A stretch of DNA of 64,000 nt from Escherichia phage vB_EcoD-Elw: the sequence record OR621298, one strand, 5' to 3'. Below the pieces are notes generated by a model, which did not search any database, was not told where the DNA came from, and saw nothing but the letters and a program-made list of their open reading frames with translations. Both the position numbers and the translations under genes were made by a program. Below are positions 1 to 9,470 of the stretch, one piece after another (positions within the stretch are counted from its first letter, which is position 1; the number at the start of each line of letters is the position of its first letter).

Positions 1-109
1 GTCCACTGGCTGGCTAGATGAGAATGAGTCTCATTACCGCCCGGTACTTAGCAGGCTAATAGTCACGGCATGTTATCATTACACACCGTGACTATTTCAA
101 CTTTAATTA

Positions 110-844
110 TTACGCAACTTTTAATTTCTCAATATATTGTTGCGGGCTGCAACTATATTCTGCGCGTTCTTCCTCGGTCATACTTTCCCAACATAATTGC
201 AGGCGGTCGGCTAGGAACTGATAATCATTATCATCCTCAAGAGATTCATCAATAAAGGTTTCACCTATCAATGTAACCCCAATCGATAGAATATCGTTAA
301 CGGCTTGCGCGTCCAGCGTTTTAAATCCGTATGATGCCGCCGCTGATAGCACGCCTTTATGATCATCAATCATCGTGAAATCAGCGTTCGGATATAATTG
401 TTTAAATAACTCAAAGTAATGGCTTTTATAAATAGCGTCTTTGCTGTGGTATATCTCGCTAACTTTATCAGCCTCAAAATATTTGTGTAGTGTATCGCGG
501 GAAAATACACGGATATTACTATCCCCACGCCCTCGCAATCCTTGTTTGCGCAAATAATAATAATCCGACTTGCTCATTAGTCGAGCGGTGCAAATAATGT
601 TTAACGTGTTAACGTCATTCATACATTGGCGCATATATGTAACAAGGGGCAATAGTGTATCTTGCATTATTAAATCATGTTTGCAGGCTTCATTTTTATA
701 CTTATTTAAATCTAAATTGCCCTCGCTATCAAAGCAAGGCGCTACGCGATGGAAAGAATTAATGATAGTGCCGTCCAGATCCCAAATCATGACGCGGGAA
801 ATATGCGGGAAATTACGGGTAATATTCGTTTTAACTTGATTCAT
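110..844 (-). CDS. dmp: 5'-deoxyribonucleotidase-like HAD-superfamily phosphatase (T5 Dmp-like)
   Basis: 244-aa ORF; HAD motif I DLDGT near N-terminus; RBS GGAGAA upstream; sits ahead of A1-like gene as in T5 pre-early region. Confidence 0.6.
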   Translation of the reverse strand: MNQVKTNITRNFPHISRVMIWDLDGTIINSFHRVAPCFDSEGNLDLNKYKNEACKHDLIMQDTLLPLVTYMRQCMNDVNTLNIICTARLMSKSDYYYLRKQGLRGRGDSNIRVFSRDTLHKYFEADKVSEIYHSKDAIYKSHYFELFKQLYPNADFTMIDDHKGVLSAAASYGFKTLDAQAVNDILSIGVTLIGETFIDESLEDDNDYQFLADRLQLCWESMTEEERAEYSCSPQQYIEKLKVA

Positions 845-924
845 TTTGTTACGTTCTCCATTTAAGGGATTAGATTAATTCAGCATTACCCGCTATTTAT
901 AAGCGGGTAATAATAAATTAACTA

Positions 925-1317
925 TTAAAGACCATACGCCAACGCATCAGCAATAAAACTAATATCTTCACCAGATACACCGGAACGAATGCCCGCGCAG
1001 GTATATACCTTTGCGCTGGTCAATTGATCATCGAGGCAAGCGGGGCAAGGCGCGACAACTGCAAAGGCTAGGCCGGATTTTACGGCGTCGATGATAATCG
1101 TTTCTTGTTTCACAGTGTCAACATAAACACCTTTTGCTTTAATATGGCTAGTTAGTTTACCTTGCGTATAGGCAAAGGTAGTAACCTGCAAAGCGTCGTT
1201 AAAGTCCAATAGCTCATCAATAACGTGCCCCGCCTCGACGTGGTAACGTTCACCATTAGAATAAACCAGAACAATGGAAGATTGAGCGCGATCGAATGGG
1301 ATATTTTGCTTTTTCAT
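925..1317 (-). CDS. hypothetical protein (contains PCPAC motif)
   Basis: 130-aa ORF from track, same strand as neighbours. Confidence 0.45.
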   Translation of the reverse strand: MKKQNIPFDRAQSSIVLVYSNGERYHVEAGHVIDELLDFNDALQVTTFAYTQGKLTSHIKAKGVYVDTVKQETIIIDAVKSGLAFAVVAPCPACLDDQLTSAKVYTCAGIRSGVSGEDISFIADALAYGL

Positions 1318-1357
1318 ATTTATAAAACTCCAATTAATTTAATAAAGGGTATTTAAT

Positions 1358-1615
1358 TTACTTGATAATAATCTGCATTTGATACGGCGTTAATTCACCA
1401 TTTACGGGTAAATTATTATCGCTTAGCCACTCATAAAAAGCGTCATCATCGTCAAAAGGGATAATATCATTATCACGATAATCGACCGTAATAATCCCAT
1501 CCGTATTAGTTTTGGCGGCTAGGATAGGCCCGAAGCTGTAAACTTTATCGGATTCCATTTCATCCGGTGAAATAAATGCTTTTTCGTCCAGCGTTTTGGG
1601 TAATGTAACTTTCAT
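1358..1615 (-). CDS. hypothetical protein
   Basis: 85-aa ORF from track. Confidence 0.45.
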   Translation of the reverse strand: MKVTLPKTLDEKAFISPDEMESDKVYSFGPILAAKTNTDGIITVDYRDNDIIPFDDDDAFYEWLSDNNLPVNGELTPYQMQIIIK

Positions 1616-1671
1616 TCTAATTTAGCTCCTATAATAGCGGCTATATTTCAAGCCGCTAGGGTATTAATTAT

Positions 1672-3336
1672 TTACGCAAAAAATTTACCGTTCTTAAAAT
1701 CGATCAAAGTACGCTGACCATTTGCATAGGTAATTAAATGCGTTTGTGTCCAGCTTGACGCGCCAACGTTGTAACCCATGTCCAGACTACCAGCCACGCC
1801 AGCGGTATATACCCCGCCGTAAATGCTGGCGGTATGAGTGTGCCCCGTGTTTAATTTGCCCAATTTCTTAAACTGTTTCGGATTGCCACGGCTGCCGTTT
1901 ATGCCATTGTGACCGTGTACGCCGCATTCAATGCCTGCAATTTTAAATGATTGGTCAGTCGTTAGGAAAATGGCGTTAAACTCGCAACCTGCAACCTTAC
2001 GCAGCGCATAATCTAGCACGTTGAAAGTATCGTCTTTTTCTGCAATAGCTCCGTAAATCGCGGCATTCAGGCGGTGATATAGTTCCGCGTTCGCTGGGTC
2101 GTCTTTAATGTTAGCATTACGATCATCAAGCCAACGGGATAGCGCCAAATCGTGATTCGATTCAACAATGATTGTTTGCGAGAAATCGCGCTCCATTGAT
2201 TCCAGTACGCGCCCCGTATCGATGAGATCATCCAGAACTTTATCACGTCCGGCGGCGTATTGTTTTGCTAGGAATACACCCGAAGCGCGGTTGTGATGGT
2301 TGCGTGATGTAAAATCGTGAACGTCATGGATAAACTGATATTTTGGTTTAAGAATATCAAGCAAGCTATTTTCGCCAGCCCATGACGCAATGGCACAATC
2401 ATCATCAAGTTTTTCGGCGTGTATGTCGCCATATTGCAAGCCTAAAACATGCCCCGATGTTTCATAGCATCCGGCGGGAGTAGCGCAAACATTCAGATCA
2501 TAAAACACCCCGCTTTCGTCCATTGTTTCAAGCTGGCGAACAAAAAACTCACCGTCTTCGTCGAACTCAACAATCAGCGCACCGAAGTTATGCAGTGCTT
2601 CCGCTTTCTGTCCTGCTTTCTGCTGGATGTAATTTTTAAGCGTTGCCGTGCCAGTTGAATACATGCGGCGCACTACTTCACCTTTTAAAGCTGGCACGCT
2701 TTCGGCGGTGATTTTAGCGTGACCAATTGCCAGACCTTCCAGATTAAGCGCGGTTGCAGTTTCAGCGAATCCAGAAAGCGGATAATCTGCGGTGGGCAAA
2801 ACATTAATTTCAGCCATGAAAGCAAAACGGCGATTATTCAAAAACACGTTTTTGCTGCAAATATATTTATCGAACGCGGAATCATATTTTATTCCATCCG
2901 CGCCCTCGCCATTTTGGAATCCGTTTTTATTATAAATATACTTGCTAACCAGCAAATCAGCGCCGATATATTTAGCAAATTGCTCCAGTGAGGCTAAAAA
3001 GTTTTTATGCGGGAACGTATTATTCTGAATCGATGTAATAATAAAGCGTTTGCCTTGTTTTACTTCCCAGCTTTCCACCGTGCTAGAAACAATCCCCGCC
3101 GCTTCTGGGCGCTCATCGTTTTTAATGGCTTTTGCTACTTTCGCCGCTTTCGGTTTCGCTGGTTTATTTGCTTCCAGCCAATCACAAATAGCGGTGGAAT
3201 GTTTTGGAGTATCGTAAACCGCTTTTGATATATCGTCACAAACTTCCAATTTAGTGGCGCGCAGGCGTTTACCGTAGAAATTAAAGTCAGCGGCCATTTT
3301 CAGGATAACGGTTTGTTTTTCTGCGGAAATAATCAT
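1672..3336 (-). CDS. A1: A1-like pre-early protein (calcineurin-like metallophosphoesterase fold, probable nuclease)
   Basis: 554-aa ORF; metallophosphoesterase-type motifs (GDIH, GHTH); ATG with RBS; size and position match T5 A1. Confidence 0.7.
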   Translation of the reverse strand: MIISAEKQTVILKMAADFNFYGKRLRATKLEVCDDISKAVYDTPKHSTAICDWLEANKPAKPKAAKVAKAIKNDERPEAAGIVSSTVESWEVKQGKRFIITSIQNNTFPHKNFLASLEQFAKYIGADLLVSKYIYNKNGFQNGEGADGIKYDSAFDKYICSKNVFLNNRRFAFMAEINVLPTADYPLSGFAETATALNLEGLAIGHAKITAESVPALKGEVVRRMYSTGTATLKNYIQQKAGQKAEALHNFGALIVEFDEDGEFFVRQLETMDESGVFYDLNVCATPAGCYETSGHVLGLQYGDIHAEKLDDDCAIASWAGENSLLDILKPKYQFIHDVHDFTSRNHHNRASGVFLAKQYAAGRDKVLDDLIDTGRVLESMERDFSQTIIVESNHDLALSRWLDDRNANIKDDPANAELYHRLNAAIYGAIAEKDDTFNVLDYALRKVAGCEFNAIFLTTDQSFKIAGIECGVHGHNGINGSRGNPKQFKKLGKLNTGHTHTASIYGGVYTAGVAGSLDMGYNVGASSWTQTHLITYANGQRTLIDFKNGKFFA

Positions 3337-3433
3337 AGTAATAAAACTCCATTAAAGGGATTAAAAAACGTTTGTTATTGGCAAATATTGCCAAATATAA
3401 CGCCTATTATTTGAGGCGTTATAATTTGCAACA

Positions 3434-3679
3434 TTAATTTAAAGGCATAAGGCTAGAACTAACACCACAAACAACGGCGGCAATAAAACAAATCAGACCT
3501 AAACGCTTTGCTAACTTAGATTTACGTTTAAAATAATATGAATCTAAATCATTTTGAAAATAAGCGAATAGTAATGAGGCCGCCATAATAAATAAGCCTA
3601 GAATTAAGGATTCAGTAGGGTAAAAGATCATTTTAATAACTCCAGTCAAAGGGAAATTATAGTGGGGAATATTCCCCAC
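3434..3679 (-). CDS. small membrane protein
   Basis: 81-aa ORF with two hydrophobic segments. Confidence 0.4.
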   Translation of the reverse strand: MGNIPHYNFPLTGVIKMIFYPTESLILGLFIMAASLLFAYFQNDLDSYYFKRKSKLAKRLGLICFIAAVVCGVSSSLMPLN

Positions 3680-3688
3680 TAATTAAAT

Positions 3689-4105
3689 TTATTCGCCTGC
3701 GGCTTGTTTCACTTCATCGGCAACGCCTAACAGTTGCGCCACGGCGTCCAGCGTTTCCAGTTTTGCGCTTTCCAGTGATGCCAGATCGTCGGCGTCTTTG
3801 ATAATGCCGGAATCGATAGCGTGTTTTGCAATAACGCGCACATAATGCGCTTTGCGGATTGAGCTACCGCCGCCAACTTTGCGCGGCTTATCGCTTTTCT
3901 GATACGCTTTTGCGCTGGTCAATTTTGAGCGAACGGACACGGGGGAGGCCGCGCCAACTGCTTTTGCAATCTCTTTCAGGCCGTCGCTATTTGCGAAATC
4001 TAAACCGTTTTCATTAATTAACTGCTGGTACATGGTAACAGCTTTTTGGGTGTTTTCTTCATTCCATGCAAATTTTGCGGATTTTTCGGTTTTAACGTTA
4101 GCCAT
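3689..4105 (-). CDS. A2: A2-like pre-early protein
   Basis: 138-aa ORF directly downstream of A1-like gene; RBS AGGAG; assignment by size and synteny only. Confidence 0.5.
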   Translation of the reverse strand: MANVKTEKSAKFAWNEENTQKAVTMYQQLINENGLDFANSDGLKEIAKAVGAASPVSVRSKLTSAKAYQKSDKPRKVGGGSSIRKAHYVRVIAKHAIDSGIIKDADDLASLESAKLETLDAVAQLLGVADEVKQAAGE

Positions 4106-4204
4106 GATTGTAGCTCCTATTAGTTTAATTTAAGGGATAAGATTAACATAATGTTAATCGTTATATCCCCCGAACTACTAGGGGGATATAAAGTTAACAC
4201 TAAA

Positions 4205-4456
4205 TTATAAAACAGCTTCCCATTTTTCGTTACGCTGGACAACCTTTACAACGTCGCCGGATTTAACGCGAACGCTAAAAACGGTTTTGCCGTTGTTACT
4301 CCGTTCCGTTTCAGCGTATACCGCGTCGATTGTATCGAACGGCATAAGCGCCGCGCCTTTAATGCGTTCGGCCTTTCCGGTTAATTCATCCGTTTTAGTA
4401 ACGAAAGGAATAAAAACGGATTGACCAACTTTCGGCGCGGTAATAACGTTTTGCAT
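4205..4456 (-). CDS. hypothetical protein
   Basis: 83-aa ORF from track. Confidence 0.45.
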   Translation of the reverse strand: MQNVITAPKVGQSVFIPFVTKTDELTGKAERIKGAALMPFDTIDAVYAETERSNNGKTVFSVRVKSGDVVKVVQRNEKWEAVL

Positions 4457-4654
4457 AATATAAACTCCTAGTTATTTGGGGATTGTTCCGCATTACCTGC
4501 TAGAAAGTAACAGCAGGTAATAAGTAACAATCCGCTCGCCAATATAATCAATTTAAAGAACTCCACGCAGGCCGCTATATCCCAGTTAGGGGGCGGGGCA
4601 CATTATGGTAAGTGCCGACCGTCAAATTTTATCAAGTTATCGCTCTTATCGAAC

Positions 4655-4947
4655 TGGGTACATCTTAAAGCCTATCGGCTAGGGTGTCAAACAATTTTTT
4701 GCAGTTTTTTATGATTTTCTTTTAAGTCAATCATAATATTACGCCAGATCATTTCCAGACCTTGCTGGCGGCCTTTCTTGTACTGCTTAAATCGATATTT
4801 TACCGATCTTTGCGCTACTGTCAACAAATTTTTTGTTTTGCTGTCCAGTGCCTTGCTAGGTTTACCAGTGATCAATAAAGTTTGTTTCATATCGTCGATT
4901 CCTTATAATGTATAAGTTTACCGCCGATAGGCTTTAAGATGTACCCA
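4655..4947. repeat. 25-bp perfect inverted repeat pair (4655-4679 and 4923-4947) flanking a 67-aa ORF
   Basis: tgggtacatcttaaagcctatcggc at 4655-4679 and its exact reverse complement at 4923-4947. Confidence 0.85.
4687..4890 (-). CDS. small basic protein, inverted-repeat-flanked
   Basis: 67-aa K/R-rich ORF lying entirely between the 25-bp inverted repeats. Confidence 0.4.
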   Translation of the reverse strand: MKQTLLITGKPSKALDSKTKNLLTVAQRSVKYRFKQYKKGRQQGLEMIWRNIMIDLKENHKKLQKIV

Positions 4948-5177
4948 ATTTTTAAAGAGCGCGGCGGTAAACTTCCCGCCGTGTAGTTCGTCATTGCCGC
5001 CCTACGAGATAAATAATAGGGGATTCCCGAAAATGGCGCAACCTTATTTTTGTAAAGAAATGTAAAGACAAACGCCACCGGACACCATGCGGCGACCGGG
5101 GCGCGGCGCATTAAAATTAAAAGAAACGGGCGCGCGAATACCATAAAACCCAGCAGGTTGGCAAGTAATTTTTTCAT
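4887..5177 (-). CDS. hypothetical protein with hydrophobic N-terminus
   Basis: 96-aa ORF; N-terminal signal/TM-like segment. Confidence 0.35.
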   Translation of the reverse strand: MKKLLANLLGFMVFARPFLLILMRRAPVAAWCPVAFVFTFLYKNKVAPFSGIPYYLSRRAAMTNYTAGSLPPRSLKIGYILKPIGGKLIHYKESTI

Positions 5178-5348
5178 TTATATTTGCCTTGCCCTACTTG
5201 ACAAAACTTAAAAAGCTCGTGGTAGCGATAAACGAGGGTAGGCAATGCAATGGCATGGCTAAAACTTTCATCGCGTTCTAGGGCGTTTTAGGCGCATTCT
5301 AGCCTTGTTGATAACTTATCCCCAAAAGCAAAAATGAAATTTTCCTAG

Positions 5349-5746
5349 TTATCCACTTGACTTTTATTTTCCAGTGGATAACTACTTATTTTATGAAATA
5401 AATTAATTGACTTTTATTTGTTAGTATGCATCGGAAGAATAGCAGACTAATAATTACTAGAATAATAATCATGCTGGTGGATTGTAACGGCCTAAACTAT
5501 CAGCAGACTATTAATCACGAAAAATCTCGTTAGCTAACTAACTATTTCATGATGTATAATATACATATAAATTAATGAGAAATAATAATTATAATAAATA
5601 ATAACTACAGTAAATAATAACTATAAGAAACTATCGGCCTAAGTGAGAACCACTATCATTTAAGTTATACACAAAGTTATCCACAGCACTTTTTGACTTT
5701 ACACGATAGGCGGCGATATAAGGACTTTTACACAGACTTATCCACA
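5349..5746. promoter_or_regulatory. DnaA-box cluster (5349-5357, 5373-5381 inverted, 5677-5685, 5738-5746)
   Basis: TTATCCAC(A/T) matches; the first two form a 9-bp inverted pair with a 15-bp spacer. Confidence 0.55.
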
Positions 5747-5756
5747 GGTTATTCCA

Positions 5757-5772
5757 CTGTATAAATATACAG
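5757..5772. promoter_or_regulatory. LexA-box-like palindrome CTGTATAAATATACAG
   Basis: CTGT-N8-ACAG with AT-rich spacer, next to a perfect DnaA box. Confidence 0.4.
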
Positions 5773-6039
5773 GGTAAAAAGGTAGTGTTAACAACTGCAA
5801 TCAATTTTAAGCGGCTTAAATCGCATTCTAACGAGCTAAACGCTGCGGGGTAATATTAAAGTAAAGCCTTAATGCGTCACCCTGGTGGCTTCGCCGTGGT
5901 TTGCTCTTTATTGCACCGCTGCGCGGTTAGCATAAAAATAGGCGCTAGGCAAGGAAAATAAAAAGGTAAAATAATATTTGCCTATGCTAGAAATTTACCT
6001 TTATCATTCACTCACCGATTAACGAGGGAGGCCGAACAA

Positions 6040-7050
6040 ATGAGGCTTTATAAACCTGATAATGCCACCGTTTTAAAAGGTGCATTGCGCAACCTGCTGG
6101 ATGGTAGCAAGTCAACCAGCATTAAACATTTTATTAACAAGATTGAAACTATTCATCAAAACTTTTTTGATGATTATGACGCTTATGATATGGATAGTTT
6201 TCTACCCTTATATAGACAAGGGGCAACGCTAGTTTTATATAATCGGGATTGCCATATCTTTACAGGCAGGGGAGCGGGGCCGGATACCGATTTTATTGTT
6301 GCGCAGGGTAATAATATTGTTGCGTATCATAGCAATTCAGGCCGTCAATCATTTAATATAAATAGTTTTGAGCTTATTGGACTTGATCTGATAAATGGAC
6401 TTTCTAGCATTGAGGGATTTTTAGATGTTATCTGGAAGTATTTACCCGCTGGATGGCATAAGCCGGATAACGACGGATCTCAATATACCGGTATAATGGC
6501 TTTTGATGGCGACGGTAATTTTTTGTTACCACGGGAGCTATACCCATATATTTATGATGGGGATATAGAAAGCGCTGGTTTTTCTTTCTGGAAAGATGAA
6601 GATCAGATTATTGACAGCGTAGAAAACCATGCTGTAAATTCTAACACTCAAAGCGTTAACACTCAAACTACTGAAAACAAAGGAAAAAACACTATGACCA
6701 AGATTGCTAACATCGTTGCCGCTAATAAATCCGCCGTTGTAAATGCTGCAAAACTGGAAGCGGGTAAAATTGCACTGACTCAAATTACGAAAGTAGCGGC
6801 TAAAAAAGCACCGTTTATGATTAAAGGTTATATTGATACACCTATCGGTCGAGTAGTGATTGCCAACCTGCTGGGCGTAGCGGTTGACCAGTACGCCACA
6901 AGTAACCAAAAGGCGAAAGCGGTGGCAGGTGCAGCTATGGAAGCGGCTATGTTAGAAATGGTGCAAAGTTTTAACATCGCTGAGATGATTGATGAAATGG
7001 TAAAAGGTATTGATATTTCTACTTTTACCACTAGCACCGAAAGCGAGTAA
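6040..7050 (+). CDS. hypothetical protein
   Basis: 336-aa ORF; RBS GAGGGAGG upstream of ATG. Confidence 0.6.
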   Translation: MRLYKPDNATVLKGALRNLLDGSKSTSIKHFINKIETIHQNFFDDYDAYDMDSFLPLYRQGATLVLYNRDCHIFTGRGAGPDTDFIVAQGNNIVAYHSNSGRQSFNINSFELIGLDLINGLSSIEGFLDVIWKYLPAGWHKPDNDGSQYTGIMAFDGDGNFLLPRELYPYIYDGDIESAGFSFWKDEDQIIDSVENHAVNSNTQSVNTQTTENKGKNTMTKIANIVAANKSAVVNAAKLEAGKIALTQITKVAAKKAPFMIKGYIDTPIGRVVIANLLGVAVDQYATSNQKAKAVAGAAMEAAMLEMVQSFNIAEMIDEMVKGIDISTFTTSTESE

Positions 7051-7115
7051 TAATATTAAGCGGGGATTGTTACCCCGCTTTACTATTCCCTTGTTAACTA
7101 ATAGGAGGCTAATAA

Positions 7116-7610
7116 ATGGCTGATGAAAAATATGGCTTCTCACTGGGAGAAGTGAGCACGGCAAAACATGATATGATCATTTTGGTCGATTGTCATACTG
7201 GCTATTGCGGGGAAGGGAACACCGAGGAATATTTTGTTCCTGCTGGTACGGATCTGGACGCTTTCGCTCAGGAAATGGCTATTGATAATGCTTCTCGTTT
7301 TGGTAGCGATGGTTACGAAGACGAAGAAACTGGCGAATGGTATGAAAATGAAAACGTATATGCAAGCCTTTATCATTATCAATTAAGTAAATCCGGCACA
7401 TATGTAAACGGCGGCGATCCTATTAATTCCGTCATGAGATTAATTATTAAATATGGCGGCGTCGAGATAGTTGGTAACAAAGCGGTAATATACGCAAATC
7501 GATTAAAACAGCTTGTTTATATTCCTGATAGTACCCGATGGGATGAATATGCTGTTTTGCATGACGAATTGAAACGATGTTTCAATATTGAATCCTTACA
7601 AGTAGTCTAA
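7116..7610 (+). CDS. hypothetical protein
   Basis: 164-aa ORF; RBS AGGAGG upstream. Confidence 0.6.
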   Translation: MADEKYGFSLGEVSTAKHDMIILVDCHTGYCGEGNTEEYFVPAGTDLDAFAQEMAIDNASRFGSDGYEDEETGEWYENENVYASLYHYQLSKSGTYVNGGDPINSVMRLIIKYGGVEIVGNKAVIYANRLKQLVYIPDSTRWDEYAVLHDELKRCFNIESLQVV

Positions 7611-7623
7611 TGTAAAGTTTTGT

Positions 7624-7656
7624 AAAGGTCGCCTTTTATGGTGGCCTTTTTTGTTA
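7624..7656 (+). terminator. rho-independent terminator
   Basis: stem AAAGGTCGCC/GGTGGCCTTT (with G-U pairs) followed by TTTTTGTT. Confidence 0.5.
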
Positions 7657-7715
7657 TAATGCCTTTACACCGTTTGAGGACGGTTGAAAATTTTCCCAAA
7701 AATTGGAGGCTTAAA

Positions 7716-7946
7716 ATGGTTGCTTATTCTTCTGCTAGTCATCTGTTCACCGCTCAAGGCTGGGTATCTAACCGCGTTATTATTCACGAAATGGTGCAAG
7801 AATATGGCATTGCTAAAACATACAATACCATTCAGGCGCTTTATGATAATGATCAAATCGATCAGCAAACGGCGGGCTTTTTGCTGGATACCCTGAAAGC
7901 AGAACATTGCACCAAAAAACAAGCGGCTAAAATTGTTTTAATGTAA
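7716..7946 (+). CDS. hypothetical protein
   Basis: ORF 7638..7946 trimmed to the ATG preceded by RBS GGAGG. Confidence 0.5.
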   Translation: MVAYSSASHLFTAQGWVSNRVIIHEMVQEYGIAKTYNTIQALYDNDQIDQQTAGFLLDTLKAEHCTKKQAAKIVLM

Positions 7947-7993
7947 TTAATAACGGGGCGTTATTTTCGCCCCACTAACTAGGGGGAATGAAA

Positions 7994-8143
7994 ATGGTTA
8001 TTTTTCGAGCTATTTTAGCGGGTATCTTGGGCGCTATTTTATCGTTGTTTGCAATAGCTTTCGGCGTTCACGCGGTTATTATTGGCGCGGGTATCGCTGC
8101 ATTTTCTTATCTGCTGGGCTGCATGACTAGTAAAGGAGAATAA
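7994..8143 (+). CDS. small hydrophobic membrane peptide (49 aa)
   Basis: Not in ORF track (below 60 aa); RBS GGGGGAA; hydrophobic MVIFRAILAGILGAILSLFAIAFG...; ends 3 nt before next gene. Confidence 0.35.
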   Translation: MVIFRAILAGILGAILSLFAIAFGVHAVIIGAGIAAFSYLLGCMTSKGE

Positions 8144-8145
8144 AA

Positions 8146-8358
8146 ATGATCCGCAATGTTTCCCTTGCCCGTTCGAAAGGCTTTAAGCTGGTGGATGTTA
8201 ACACGTTCGAGCGTGAAGATTGTAAAATCGAATATGTAGCACGTAATAAGAATGCCTTTCGTGTTACAGAAAAGAAATTTGACAAGCGCGGCAACGTGAT
8301 CGCTGAAACGGTTAAACACTTTGCCACCTTTTACGCTGCGTTTCGTGGGGTGTTATAA
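8146..8358 (+). CDS. hypothetical protein
   Basis: 70-aa ORF; RBS AAAGGAG upstream. Confidence 0.55.
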   Translation: MIRNVSLARSKGFKLVDVNTFEREDCKIEYVARNKNAFRVTEKKFDKRGNVIAETVKHFATFYAAFRGVL

Positions 8359-8359
8359 A

Positions 8360-8704
8360 ATGGTTATTTATGAGGGCAACCGCTTTGTTGCTAATTGCCG
8401 CCCTGCATTGCTAGCAAATTACTTAAATCAGCTTTCACCAGCTTATAAGGGCGTTATTAATATTTATGAAGGCAAGGCGCATTATAAAATCAATGCGGTC
8501 GTTGCCCGTGAACTAGCGTTTCAATTTTTGACCTTTGCATCTTGTGACGTTCAGGTCATGGGTGAAGCGTTAATTGCAGAAAATGAAGATGATTTTATTA
8601 ATATTTTTCGCAAGATATGCACCGAGCGCCTGATAATGAAAGGCGCTTATATTCAATCCACTGCGGATAGTATTGAAACAGCGTTTCGAAAGGTGGCGCA
8701 ATGA
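8360..8704 (+). CDS. hypothetical protein
   Basis: ORF 8321..8704 trimmed to first ATG just after upstream stop. Confidence 0.5.
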   Translation: MVIYEGNRFVANCRPALLANYLNQLSPAYKGVINIYEGKAHYKINAVVARELAFQFLTFASCDVQVMGEALIAENEDDFINIFRKICTERLIMKGAYIQSTADSIETAFRKVAQ

Positions 8705-8904
8705 GCAATAAAATTGTTGTAACCAAAATCAGTACAATGGTTGATGTTTTTTACGTGCCCGATACGCCGGAAAACCGGCAAGCGGTCGAGCGTGGCGAGT
8801 ATGATAAAGTGATTTATGATCACGATGGTTATTATCAGCATTTGGTCGATTCCTATGGGGAAGAGGAAAAGATCACGCATCAATTACCGGAGGATGGTTT
8901 ATGA
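8701..8904 (+). CDS. hypothetical protein
   Basis: 67-aa ORF overlapping the upstream stop by 4 nt. Confidence 0.5.
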   Translation: MSNKIVVTKISTMVDVFYVPDTPENRQAVERGEYDKVIYDHDGYYQHLVDSYGEEEKITHQLPEDGL

Positions 8905-9014
8905 AACGATGGTTTAATCACTGGTATAAGCGGTTTTTAGTACGCCGTCGCAAATCTAGACATCAAGATGAGTGGCGGGAGTGGGCAAAGCGTAACGGTT
9001 GCCCGCTACTCTGA
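8901..9014 (+). CDS. small basic protein (37 aa)
   Basis: ATGA start/stop overlap with upstream gene; not in ORF track. Confidence 0.3.
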   Translation: MKRWFNHWYKRFLVRRRKSRHQDEWREWAKRNGCPLL

Positions 9015-9155
9015 GAACGACGGGGATTAGCTCCCCGTTTTTCCATGCCTCCAGTTAAATACCCCCTTGTTTTAGTATCCCCACCAAAATTAAACGCGTT
9101 AGAATGCGATCTAGGACGTTTTAGCGGTATATTAGAATTATTCACTACATAGGAA

Positions 9156-9175
9156 TACTGTATATTTATACAGTA
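9156..9175. promoter_or_regulatory. near-consensus LexA box TACTGTATATTTATACAGTA
   Basis: 19 of 20 match to TACTGTATATATATACAGTA; immediately followed by a DnaA box. Confidence 0.5.
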
Positions 9176-9183
9176 GGATAAGC

Positions 9184-9265
9184 TGTGGATAAGTCTGTTA
9201 ATAACGCCTCAAAATGGCTAGGATTCTGTCAAGTCAAATCGTGCTGTTAATAAGTCTGTGGATAA
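9184..9265. promoter_or_regulatory. DnaA boxes (9184-9192 and 9257-9265, both TGTGGATAA)
   Basis: Two perfect reverse-complement matches to TTATCCACA within direct repeats of aagtctgttaataa. Confidence 0.55.
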
Positions 9266-9289
9266 CTTAAATAATAGTGTTTCTCACTT

Positions 9290-9440
9290 CCATTCTTAAA
9301 TGCAAATCATTATCATTCGCATTTCACTTTCTAAATGAGAATCATTTCACTTCTTGAATAGTTCTCATTTCACTTTTTAAATGCGAATTATTATCATTCT
9401 CATTTCGCTTTTTAAATGATTCTTATTATCATTCGCATTC
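9290..9440. repeat. degenerate tandem repeats (~25-30 bp unit, catttcacttt...aaatgagaat) with internal inverted symmetry
   Basis: 4-5 reiterations of TCATTTCACTTTYTRAATG-like units. Confidence 0.6.
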
Positions 9441-9444
9441 AGGC

Positions 9445-9466
9445 GCGCAGGGCAATTGCCCTGCGC
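9445..9466. repeat. 22-bp perfect palindrome followed by a T-run
   Basis: GCGCAGGGCAATTGCCCTGCGC then TTTT; terminator-like or protein-binding site. Confidence 0.7.
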
Positions 9467-9470
9467 TTTT

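Noticed and set aside
570-839. Plus-strand ORFs nested inside minus-strand genes (e.g. 70..255, 570..839, 2449..2658, 2719..2991, 3007..3228, 39475..40020, 43122..43745, 51225..51491)
   Set aside because: Each lies antisense within a longer, better-supported gene with recognisable domains or RBS; typical shadow ORFs.
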